Position numbers and translations under genes: made by a program | In this document: one piece after another, positions 42,484-51,030 of the stretch | How positions within the stretch are numbered: the first letter of the stretch is position 1 | How the letters are laid out: every line of letters starts with the position of its first letter | The notes under the pieces: model-generated | Seen by the model: only the letters and a program-made list of their open reading frames with translations | The model's database searches: none | What the model was told of the DNA's origin: nothing | Source: Candidatus Eiseniibacteriota bacterium | Lineage (GTDB): Bacteria; Eisenbacteria; RBG-16-71-46; CAIMUX01; VGJL01 | Length of the DNA: 64,000 nucleotides | Direction of reading: 5' to 3' | Assembly: GCA_963792585.1 (NCBI GenBank) | Contig: CAWBWI010000003.1 | Coordinates: forward strand, 256,001-320,000

Positions 42484-44163
42484 ATGACGATGACGCTTCC
42501 CGATTCTCCCAGACCGAACCGTGATCAGGCCGGGCCGGCTGCGAGCGCCCGCGGCGTCCAGCGCTCGATGTGGGTGTTCTTTTCGCTCCGCGCCCGCCTC
42601 ACGATCACGACCCTGGTCCTGGCTCTCGTCCTGGTTGCGCTCTCATTCGGCACCAACTGGTTCCTCATGCGTCGCCTCGCCCGGCACCAGGTCGAGGGTG
42701 CCGTCGGATCCGTGTGCGCCCTGCTCGCGCACGGGGTGACCGCCGGGCTCGATTTCGACTCTCGCGCGTCCGTACGCGACGCGCTCGCGGGGGTTTTCCG
42801 TCTCGAGGAGGTCCGATACGCGGCGGTGACGTCTCCTGACGGAAGTCTTTATATGAGTCTGGGAGATCCGATTGGGAGCGGTCTGGAGAAGAGGATCCCG
42901 GAGGATCTTGAATTGCGATGGTCGAGGACATTGCTGATCGGACACGCTCCCATCCGAGACGCGTCCTCACGCATCATTGGCGTGCTGCACCTCGGCTACT
43001 CGACCGCCCGGATGCAGGGGGAACTGCAGCAGGGGCTTCTCCTCTTGCTCCTCGCGGGAGGTCTTCTTGCTCTGGCGGCGTTTTTTGCCTCTCGCAACTT
43101 CGGGCGCAGGCTCACGGCACCGATCCTTGAACTCGCCGATGCGGCCCGAAGTATGGCCGAAGGAAAGTTCGAGAAACCGCTCGAGGTCCGTACGCAGGAT
43201 GAGATCGGCATCGTCGCCATGACATTCAATGGAATGGCGCGCAAGCTCGAGGAGTCCATGAACGAAATCGAGCGGCAGAATCGGGAACTGGAACAAAAGG
43301 TGCGGGAGCGAACCGCGGAGCTTCGGCAGAAGAACGTCGCGCTCGCACGGCAGAGCGAGAACGCGCTCGAAGCGAGCCGCCTGAAGAGCGCCTTCCTCGC
43401 GAACATGTCCCACGAATTGCGCACGCCGCTGAATGCGATCCTGGCCCTGTCCGAGCTTCTGAGCGACGAGGTAACCGGGCCGCTCGAAAACGACGAGCAG
43501 CGGAACCAGATCCTGATGATCCATCAGAGCGGCGAGAATCTGCTACGGCTCATAAGCGATGTCCTGGATCTCTCGAAGATCGAAGCGGGGCGCATGGAGA
43601 TCCGCTACGAGGAAACCGACATCCAGAAGTCGCTGCTGCGGGCCGCGGAGCAAATGCGGGGATTGGCCGTGAGCAAGGGGATCGAGTATCGCGTCCGGTT
43701 CGAGGGCGAGGGATGCGGATGGGTGGACGCCGATCGAATTCGTCAGGTCATGGCCAACCTCGTCGCCAACGCGATCAAGTTCACGGAGCGCGGGTACGTG
43801 GAGATCACGGGTCAGATCGATCTCTCAGCCGAACTGCTGACGGTGACCGTTCGCGACTCGGGGATCGGGATCGCGGCAGACAACCACGAGCGGATCTTTC
43901 AGGAGTTCCGGCAGGTGGACGGGTCGACGTCTCGTCGCTTCGGCGGGACCGGCCTCGGCCTTGCCATCAGCCGTCGCCTCGCCCGGTTGATGGGTGGAGA
44001 CGTCGTGATCTCCAGTGAGGTCGGGAAGGGCTCCGCCTTCACGCTCCAGGTGCCGGTATACCGCCAGAAGCCGGAACCCGACGCGGGCCTCGACGATGAA
44101 GCGAACGCTGTTTCGGCCGCTCCGTTCCATACGGACGAGGAAGACGACCTTCGCGTTGCCTGA
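42484..44163 (+). CDS. Membrane sensor histidine kinase (HAMP-HisKA-HATPase), orphan
   Basis: Two TMs, HAMP, FLANMSHELRTPL, NLVANAIKFT, DSGIGI, GGTGLGL; no receiver domain or adjacent regulator. Confidence 0.92.
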   Translation: MTMTLPDSPRPNRDQAGPAASARGVQRSMWVFFSLRARLTITTLVLALVLVALSFGTNWFLMRRLARHQVEGAVGSVCALLAHGVTAGLDFDSRASVRDALAGVFRLEEVRYAAVTSPDGSLYMSLGDPIGSGLEKRIPEDLELRWSRTLLIGHAPIRDASSRIIGVLHLGYSTARMQGELQQGLLLLLLAGGLLALAAFFASRNFGRRLTAPILELADAARSMAEGKFEKPLEVRTQDEIGIVAMTFNGMARKLEESMNEIERQNRELEQKVRERTAELRQKNVALARQSENALEASRLKSAFLANMSHELRTPLNAILALSELLSDEVTGPLENDEQRNQILMIHQSGENLLRLISDVLDLSKIEAGRMEIRYEETDIQKSLLRAAEQMRGLAVSKGIEYRVRFEGEGCGWVDADRIRQVMANLVANAIKFTERGYVEITGQIDLSAELLTVTVRDSGIGIAADNHERIFQEFRQVDGSTSRRFGGTGLGLAISRRLARLMGGDVVISSEVGKGSAFTLQVPVYRQKPEPDAGLDDEANAVSAAPFHTDEEDDLRVA

Positions 44164-44269
44164 TCCCGGGTGGACTCCACCCGGCCCCCGCCTTCCAACT
44201 CACGGTGCGCCCCTCGAATCGCGCCTCCGGGTGCGTCCCTGCGCCGCAAGTTCCGGTCCCCGTACAATG

Positions 44270-44300
44270 GAGACCCCGAACCGAGTCGGTTCGGGGTCTC
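44270..44300. terminator. Perfect inverted repeat between convergent genes
   Basis: GAGACCCCGAACCGA-G-TCGGTTCGGGGTCTC; a second palindrome CCGGGTGGA-C-TCCACCCGG lies at 44166-44184. Confidence 0.6.
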
Positions 44301-44351
44301 AGAGTTACCAAGGAAGGTTCCGGCAAGCAGGCTTGGAGCCCGCCGGTCCGC

Positions 44352-46436
44352 CTATTTGAGCATGACGACCCTGCTCTGAACCTCTCGTCCGCCAAGGGCA
44401 ACGTTCAGATAGTAGATACCGCCAGGGAGGAGATGACCGCGATCGTCGGTCCCATTCCAGCTCGTCACCCCTGTACCTGCCGGCTGCGCGCCCATGTCGA
44501 TCGTCCGGATCAAGCGCCCACCCGCGTCATGCACCCGCACCACCGGGTGACCCGGCTCCGGGAGCATCACCCTCAGGTTCACGATCGGGTTGAAGGGGTT
44601 CGGGTAGGTCGCAATTTCCAGGAGCGCACCCGGTGATGGGAGGTCGGCGACCCCGGCGGGGTTTCCCGTCGGGACCATCAGGCGGACGTCATCGATGTTC
44701 CAGCCTCCGAATTCGATGTTCCCGCTGCTCTTCAAGGTATACCGAATGGTCACGCTCGGATTGTTGTCGGCCAATGCAGAGATGTCGTAGATCACTTCCT
44801 GCCACGCGCCATCGACGAAGTGGACCATGGTCGGGTTCCCGAAGATCTCCGTTCCGTTGACGAACAGACGCGCGTAGTCCGATGGGCGCCGCTGCACGGT
44901 CAGCCACCGCCGAAACGCGAGATAGACGTGGCTCTTGCCGGAGCAGTCGATCGCCGGTGACTCCAGCCACGAATCCGAGTTCACAGCATAGAGATTGTTC
45001 CAGGCGCTACCGGTCTCACTGAGATCGTTGCCGAAGCACGCAGTGCCCCTTGCGGCGGCGCGGGGATCGATCTTTCCGGCACGGGTACCTGGCGTCGCCC
45101 TACGCCAATCATCGTTCGTTCCGCCATGGGTCCAGCTTTGCGCGTCGGCCTCGAATCCCGCCGCATAGAAGACATCCGACGGGCCGAGAAGGAGTGGGAA
45201 GCTGCTGGCCTGGTTTGGCGTTTGTGCGGAATTGATCGTCAGATCGAACGTGACGACACCGACGGTTCCCGGCCCGACCTGCACAGTGAAGTTGGGCGCC
45301 GCAGAAACGCCCGAACCGCCCGCGGGGATGTCAGGGAAGCTGGCCTGGTTGTCGAGGATGGTCACACCCGCCGTCGTGGTCGAAAGGAACGCGGTCACGC
45401 CGGTTGCCGGCAGTCTGCCGAAATTCTTGAGAGTGATCCGCAGTTGGGTCGATTCGCCGGCGTCCAAGAACCCGTTCCCGCCATCGGCCACCTCGACCGC
45501 ATCGAATGCCAACCGTACGGGGGTCGGCAAGTAATCGAGCAGGATCGCGCCCTCGCCGAGACGACAGTCTCCCATCCGGATCCATCCGTAGCCGCCTTCA
45601 CCCCAGCTTCCCCAGCTGTTCTTGATCAGCCAGGCGCCCTGGCCGCTGCAGGCGGCGTCATTCCAGCCGCACATGACGACGCAATGGTTGATCGGATCAT
45701 TGCCGGTGTACTGGAAGCAGCCTCCGCCATAGTAGAAGAGGGAGTTCGGCGCGAAGAGATTCACCGCCAGGGGACCTGTCATGATTGCGGTCTTCAATGC
45801 GGCTTCGTCATTGGGAACGCTCAGGTAGCCCCGGATGCGGTCGACGGAATCGCAGCTGTAGTCGATGCAGGCGCCCGCGTCGTTGCCCGTGTAGGGCATG
45901 CAACTCTCGGTGACCTGGCCCATCGTCATCTGCATGTTGGCGACATACGTGGAGAATCCCCCACTGCATGAGCCCCCGCCCTCGCTGCAAACCAGCCCCT
46001 GCTGTTCGGAAAGGTCGAATGTGTCGCCGCGATAGATCCTGATCATCGATTCGAAAGCGCCCGTTGCACCGAAGGACCAGCAACTTCCGCAGCCACCCTG
46101 ATTGCGGACCCCGGTCATGCCGTTCATGGCGCGCCAATCCCACGAGGCGGGGATATCGCGCGGATTGGCGGCGACGACGGTCCCGATCGACAACTCTTTC
46201 CATGACTCGGGATCGAAGCGCGCCCCCAGCATCGCAGCCTTCTGATCTGGGGGAAGGTCCGATACGGATGTGTGAACCGCGACCCAGTCCGCGCCGCTCT
46301 GTCGAATCTCCTCGCGGATCTGTTGAAGTTCGGTTTCCGGGTTCCATGCGGCGGAGGCCGTGGAGGTCATGCCGAGAAGGAGTATGGCGGCGCCGACCCA
46401 TCCGAGCTGCTTCGAAGAAAAGCCGAGCATCTTCAA
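44352..46436 (-). CDS. Secreted papain-family (C1) cysteine peptidase with FlgD-Ig/T9SS-like C-terminal domain
   Basis: Signal peptide, NQGGCGSCWSF, NHCV, KNSWG; tail YPNPFNP...HDAGGRLIR...WNGTDDRG...GIYY. Confidence 0.9.
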   Translation of the reverse strand: MKMLGFSSKQLGWVGAAILLLGMTSTASAAWNPETELQQIREEIRQSGADWVAVHTSVSDLPPDQKAAMLGARFDPESWKELSIGTVVAANPRDIPASWDWRAMNGMTGVRNQGGCGSCWSFGATGAFESMIRIYRGDTFDLSEQQGLVCSEGGGSCSGGFSTYVANMQMTMGQVTESCMPYTGNDAGACIDYSCDSVDRIRGYLSVPNDEAALKTAIMTGPLAVNLFAPNSLFYYGGGCFQYTGNDPINHCVVMCGWNDAACSGQGAWLIKNSWGSWGEGGYGWIRMGDCRLGEGAILLDYLPTPVRLAFDAVEVADGGNGFLDAGESTQLRITLKNFGRLPATGVTAFLSTTTAGVTILDNQASFPDIPAGGSGVSAAPNFTVQVGPGTVGVVTFDLTINSAQTPNQASSFPLLLGPSDVFYAAGFEADAQSWTHGGTNDDWRRATPGTRAGKIDPRAAARGTACFGNDLSETGSAWNNLYAVNSDSWLESPAIDCSGKSHVYLAFRRWLTVQRRPSDYARLFVNGTEIFGNPTMVHFVDGAWQEVIYDISALADNNPSVTIRYTLKSSGNIEFGGWNIDDVRLMVPTGNPAGVADLPSPGALLEIATYPNPFNPIVNLRVMLPEPGHPVVRVHDAGGRLIRTIDMGAQPAGTGVTSWNGTDDRGHLLPGGIYYLNVALGGREVQSRVVMLK

Positions 46437-46446
46437 GATCCTTTCC

Positions 46447-47778
46447 TTATCGAATCACGAGGATCGTTCCCTGTTGCGGGAGCGGTCCGGATAGAACACG
46501 GACATAGTACAAACCGGCGGGGACGGGATGGCCCGCGGCGTCGCGGCCGTCCCATCGGGCAAGGCCCGGCGATGACGGCTCGATGCGCCGGAGGAGTCTC
46601 CCTCCTGCGGTGACGATCTCCACGGCATTTCCAGGGTCCGAAAGGGACGCGTCGAAGCGGACAACCGCTCCTGTCCGCGTCGGGTTCGGAAACGCCAAGA
46701 CGGAGGGCCGGAGCGCGTCTTTCCGGGTCCGAACGGGGATCGACGTGGTCCTGCAAGTGGCGCTGCGCGCCCCGATCCGATCGCAGTCGGATCCACCTGG
46801 ATGTTGCCCCGGAAGGCACGGAGAGTCGGGTTGAAGATCAAAACTCTCGAGCCGGATGGGTTCGGAATCGGCTCCAACGGCCGGTACGCCACAGAACCGG
46901 GGGTCAGCGCCGAAGTCTCCGGGCCCCGGCTCCGCGCCCCAGTAATCCTCATCTCCATTTGCGAACACGTCGTTGCAGTAGAGGGTCGCGTTGCGGAAGA
47001 CGACAATTCCATCTCCAAACTCCCCCGAGTCGTTTCCGCACACAATGTTATTCGAGAAGACCGCTCCATCGAAGGGAAGCTCGATCCCGCCGGCAGGGCC
47101 ATCCGCATGGTTGCCGAAGATTGTGTTCCGTTCGACCGTGGCGACGAAGACCGAGACGCCCCCGCCGATGCACTCGCCATCGCACGTATTGTAGGCGATG
47201 ACATTGTTGCTGATGATCGCGGCCGAGGTTTCGTCGGCGTAGACACCGCCGCCCCGACTAGGGAAACAGCACTGGTACCAGGTTCGATTGTGGGCGATCA
47301 GGTTCCCGTCGATCACGGCGTTGCTTCCGAATGTGCAACAGATGCCGGCCCCCAGCGCACTCTCGTTGTGCATGATGTTGTTTCCACGGATGATGGGAGA
47401 GGCGGAGGTGGCGCGGATTCCGGTCGTGCCGTCACGGATCGTAAAGCCTTCGATGATCGACTCGTTTCCATCATCATAAAAGACGTCTATCACCGGTGAA
47501 TCCTGCAAGGAGAGCCCGTGAAGAATGGTGGTCGTTGGTCCCTGATCGGAGATGAGGAAGATCCCCTTGCCCTCGATCCACAGGTTCGCGGAGTAGTCGC
47601 CGGGTCCGACCCGGATCGTGTCCCCACTGGCTGCCCCGTTGATCGCCTCCTGAATCGTCGGGAGGTCACCCGTTCCGTCGGCACGAACCCGCCAAGTGGC
47701 GGCCCAGGGGGACGTTGAGACGAGGATCAGGAGAAGTCCCAGCGGGAGAAGGGACCCTGTGCGGAGCCCAAGCTGCAA
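46447..47778 (-). CDS. Secreted parallel beta-helix protein with FlgD-Ig-like C-terminal domain
   Basis: TIQEAINGA...GDTIRVGPGDY, IEGFTI, PbH1 repeats, DPRFC, FPNP...WDGRDAAG...GLYYV. Confidence 0.85.
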   Translation of the reverse strand: MQLGLRTGSLLPLGLLLILVSTSPWAATWRVRADGTGDLPTIQEAINGAASGDTIRVGPGDYSANLWIEGKGIFLISDQGPTTTILHGLSLQDSPVIDVFYDDGNESIIEGFTIRDGTTGIRATSASPIIRGNNIMHNESALGAGICCTFGSNAVIDGNLIAHNRTWYQCCFPSRGGGVYADETSAAIISNNVIAYNTCDGECIGGGVSVFVATVERNTIFGNHADGPAGGIELPFDGAVFSNNIVCGNDSGEFGDGIVVFRNATLYCNDVFANGDEDYWGAEPGPGDFGADPRFCGVPAVGADSEPIRLESFDLQPDSPCLPGQHPGGSDCDRIGARSATCRTTSIPVRTRKDALRPSVLAFPNPTRTGAVVRFDASLSDPGNAVEIVTAGGRLLRRIEPSSPGLARWDGRDAAGHPVPAGLYYVRVLSGPLPQQGTILVIR

Positions 47779-47959
47779 TCCGACCTCCCATGGCGAGCAG
47801 GCTGGAACAGAACCTTATATAGTGTACCAGGTTTTTGGATTCCATCCTAGCGGGTCGGGATCGCGAGCCACTCGGGTCTGTTGATCCTCTCCCGGCGGGC
47901 CGATTAGTCTGTCTCGGGGGGCATCGATCTTGCCGTCCCAAATCCGGCGAGGAGGACCA

Positions 47960-48634
47960 TTGGCCGAGACACACGGATCCGGGGAACGGAGACTCTCGCG
48001 TGCCCTACGCCAGCGATTGCCTCATTACTACAGGATGTCCGAGCGAATCAGCCGGGCCGGCAGATCCAAGGTGGGGCTCGTCGAGGTCGCCGAGTCGCTG
48101 GGGATCGAGGAGGCGGAGGCGGTCGCGGATGTCAAGGCGCTCGGGCTGGAACCGGCACCGGACGGCACTCTGGACGTGGAGCAGGTTCACGACATCTCGG
48201 AACACCTCTTGGGGTTGCGCCCCGTTAACACCGCCGCCCTCATCGGCATGGGCCGCCTCGGGACCGCGATCGCGTCCTACGAGGGGTTTGGCCCGTATGG
48301 GATGCGGATCGTGGCTGTCTTCGACTCCGACCCCGAGAAGGTCGGCCGCTTTGTCCGGGGCCACCGGATTCTCCCGGTCGAACAGCTGGAAGACGTACTA
48401 GGGATCTTTCAAATCCGACTCGCCGTGCTGACGGTTCCCCCCGATGATGCCCAGGAGATCACGAACCGCCTGGTCCGGGCAGGCATCCAGGCGATCTGGA
48501 ACTTTGTTCCCATTCACCTGGACGCCCCAGCGCATATCGTCGTGAGAAACGAGAATATTGTCGTAGGGCTGGCCCAGTTATGCCGCGACCTGCGCGAGGC
48601 CAATCTCCGTAGACTCCCGCCCGAGGAGGAGTAG
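47960..48634 (+). CDS. Second Rex-family protein with divergent DNA-binding domain
   Basis: QRLPHYYR, GMGRLG, YEGF, FDSDPEK, AVLTVP, AIWNFVP. TTG 47960 after GAGGAGG. Confidence 0.85.
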   Translation: MAETHGSGERRLSRALRQRLPHYYRMSERISRAGRSKVGLVEVAESLGIEEAEAVADVKALGLEPAPDGTLDVEQVHDISEHLLGLRPVNTAALIGMGRLGTAIASYEGFGPYGMRIVAVFDSDPEKVGRFVRGHRILPVEQLEDVLGIFQIRLAVLTVPPDDAQEITNRLVRAGIQAIWNFVPIHLDAPAHIVVRNENIVVGLAQLCRDLREANLRRLPPEEE

Positions 48635-48783
48635 TCCAGAGGCGCCGACGTAGATTGGGGGACGAAATCCTGTCGGGGCCCGCGTTTCCCCACTTGTCTA
48701 CCCTCGCCGTCTCCTAGGAAAATAATCGGTTCGAGCTTCGGACGCTGAAACACCGGCAGGGTCACAATGCGGAGGGTCACGAC

Positions 48784-49953
48784 ATGCCCACAAAGGGCTC
48801 CAATATGAAGACTCGCGCGGCGACGGGATCGGTCGCGCTCTTGATCGGTTCGCGAAAAGGGGGTTTCCTCCTGCGGGGTGACCGCAACCGCAAGAGCTGG
48901 AAGATCACGGGACCGTTCTTCCTCGGTTCCCAGGTCCACCACATGGTCCTCGACCCGCGCGACCGGCGCACGCTGCTCATGGCCGCCCGCACCGGGCACC
49001 TCGGACCGACGATTTTCCGTTCGACCGATCTGGGAAAGAAATGGAAGGAGGCATCCAGGCCCCCCGCCTTTAACAAAGCGGCTACCGGCTCGAAGGGAAA
49101 GGTCGTCGACCATGTCTTCTGGCTGACGCCCGGACATTCGAAAGAGCCGGAGGTTTGGTATGCGGGCACGTCACCGCAGGGTCTCTTCCGGTCCGAGGAC
49201 GGCGGCGTCACGTGGGAGGGCATCGACGGATTTAATGAGAACCCGATGCGGTCTGCATGGACCGGAGGCGACCAGGACGGCACGCCGGATGGACCCAAGA
49301 TGCACTCCATTCTGGTCGATCCGCGCGACCCGGCACATTTGTACATTGGGATGTCCGGCGGCGGAGTGTTCGAGAGCCACAACACCGGCCAAGACTGGGC
49401 CCCGTTGAACGCCGGGTGTCTGGCCGACTTTCATCCCGACAAGTATCCTGAGTATGGGCATGATCCTCACTGCGTGAGGCTCCATCCGCTCATGCCGGAC
49501 CGCCTCTATCAGCAGAATCATTGCGGGATCTACAGAATGGAGCGCGCTGAGGGCAAGTGGACGCGCATCGGGGAGGCGATGCCGAAGAAGATCGGTGACA
49601 TCGGCTTCCCAATGGTCCTCCACCCGCGAGATCCGAACACGGTGTGGGTATTCCCGATGGATGGGACGGAGGTGTGGCCCCGCGTAAGCCCCGGCGGCAA
49701 ACCGGCAGCTTACGTGACCCGGAATGCGGGACGAAGCTGGAAGCGGCTCGATGCGGGGCTTCCCCGCGCGCAGGCGTGGTTCACGGTAAAACGGCAAGCA
49801 ATGACCGCGGACGCGCACGATCCGGTCGGTCTGTACTTCGGTACCACGGGTGGGGAGGTCTGGGGATCCAGGAACGAAGGGGTGAAATGGACCCTACTCA
49901 CCGGCCACCTTCCACACATCTACTCCATCGAGGCGGTGGAACTCGGCCGATGA
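48784..49953 (+). CDS. Cytoplasmic BNR/Asp-box beta-propeller protein
   Basis: Asp-boxes RSTDLGKKW, RSEDGGVTW, ESHNTGQDW, TRNAGRSW, SRNEGVKW; no signal peptide. Confidence 0.85.
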   Translation: MPTKGSNMKTRAATGSVALLIGSRKGGFLLRGDRNRKSWKITGPFFLGSQVHHMVLDPRDRRTLLMAARTGHLGPTIFRSTDLGKKWKEASRPPAFNKAATGSKGKVVDHVFWLTPGHSKEPEVWYAGTSPQGLFRSEDGGVTWEGIDGFNENPMRSAWTGGDQDGTPDGPKMHSILVDPRDPAHLYIGMSGGGVFESHNTGQDWAPLNAGCLADFHPDKYPEYGHDPHCVRLHPLMPDRLYQQNHCGIYRMERAEGKWTRIGEAMPKKIGDIGFPMVLHPRDPNTVWVFPMDGTEVWPRVSPGGKPAAYVTRNAGRSWKRLDAGLPRAQAWFTVKRQAMTADAHDPVGLYFGTTGGEVWGSRNEGVKWTLLTGHLPHIYSIEAVELGR

Positions 49954-50210
49954 AGGTCTTCTTGCCGACCCCGCTACGCTCCTACGCGGGCGGCGCGAGC
50001 GTAGTCGACGCCGAGGGCTCCACGATAGGAGCGCTTCTCTCCGATCTCGATCGCCGATTCCCGGGGATTCGCTTTCGGATGATCGATGAGCAGGACCAGA
50101 TCCGTCCCCACATGCGGATCTTCGTCAACGGCAACCAGGAGCTCTCGCTCGATCGAGCGATCACGTCGCATGACGAGATCCAGATTCTGCAGGCGCTGAG
50201 CGGCGGCTGA
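49950..50210 (+). CDS. MoaD/ThiS-family ubiquitin-like protein
   Basis: 86 aa MKVFLPTPLRSY...RIFVNG...IQILQALSGG*; ATGA overlap with the propeller gene. Confidence 0.9.
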   Translation: MKVFLPTPLRSYAGGASVVDAEGSTIGALLSDLDRRFPGIRFRMIDEQDQIRPHMRIFVNGNQELSLDRAITSHDEIQILQALSGG

Positions 50211-50245
50211 TCCCGGGGTGGCGTGCTCCGCGGGGGAATAGACAG

Positions 50246-50276
50246 CGCCCCGTCCGGCCTTCCGCCGGACGGGGCG
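50246..50276. terminator. 13-bp hairpin between convergent genes
   Basis: CGCCCCGTCCGGC-CTTCC-GCCGGACGGGGCG. Confidence 0.6.
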
Positions 50277-50300
50277 TGATCATTCAGCACGATCGGTGGA

Positions 50301-51020
50301 TCAGGACCTGGCAAGGTTCTCCTCAGCGAAGTCCCAGTTGATGAGATTGTCCAGAACCGCAGTGATGTAGTCCTTCCTGCGGTTTTGGTAGTCCAGGTAA
50401 TAGGCGTGCTCCCAGACGTCAATCGCCAGCAGGGGAACGGCGGCCGTGGTGAAGGGGGTGTCCGCATTCGGGGTCTTGATGACCTTGAGCGATCCCTTGT
50501 CCGAGACCAGCCACGCCCACCCGCTGCCGAATTGTGTCAATCCGGCGTCGACGAACTGCTTGCGGAACTCATCGAAGCCGCCGAAGGAAGCTTCGATCCT
50601 CGCGGCGAGCTCGCCGCTCGGTTTGCCGCCCCCCTTCGGGCGCATCGACCGCCAGTAGAATGTGTGATTCCACGTCTGGGCCGCGTTGTTGAAGACGGCT
50701 CTCTTCTCGGGATCCGCGGCGGCGGCCCGCACGATCTCCTCGAGCCTCATGTCCGCCATCGGCGTGCCCTGAATCAGCTCATTCAGCTTATCGAGGTATC
50801 CTTTGTGGTGCTTCCCGTAGTGGAAGCCGATCGTGTTGCTCGAGATCACAGGTGCAAGGGCGTCGTCGGGATAGGGGAGGGGAGGCAGCTCGATCGGAGC
50901 CGCCATCGCCGGCTTCACGAAGGGCGTGAAGCCCGAGACGGCCGCGGCCGCACCTGCGGCCGCGACCCCGATCAAGAAACCCCGCCGAGAGAACGGCCTG
51001 TTCTCGATCGTCTCAGACAT
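50301..51020 (-). CDS. Fe-type superoxide dismutase with Tat signal peptide
   Basis: SRRGFL plus hydrophobic stretch; HYGKHH, FNNAAQTWNH, FGSGWAWL, TPNADTP, DVWEHAYY. Confidence 0.93.
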   Translation of the reverse strand: MSETIENRPFSRRGFLIGVAAAGAAAAVSGFTPFVKPAMAAPIELPPLPYPDDALAPVISSNTIGFHYGKHHKGYLDKLNELIQGTPMADMRLEEIVRAAAADPEKRAVFNNAAQTWNHTFYWRSMRPKGGGKPSGELAARIEASFGGFDEFRKQFVDAGLTQFGSGWAWLVSDKGSLKVIKTPNADTPFTTAAVPLLAIDVWEHAYYLDYQNRRKDYITAVLDNLINWDFAEENLARS

Positions 51021-51030
51021 CAAAGCGCTC

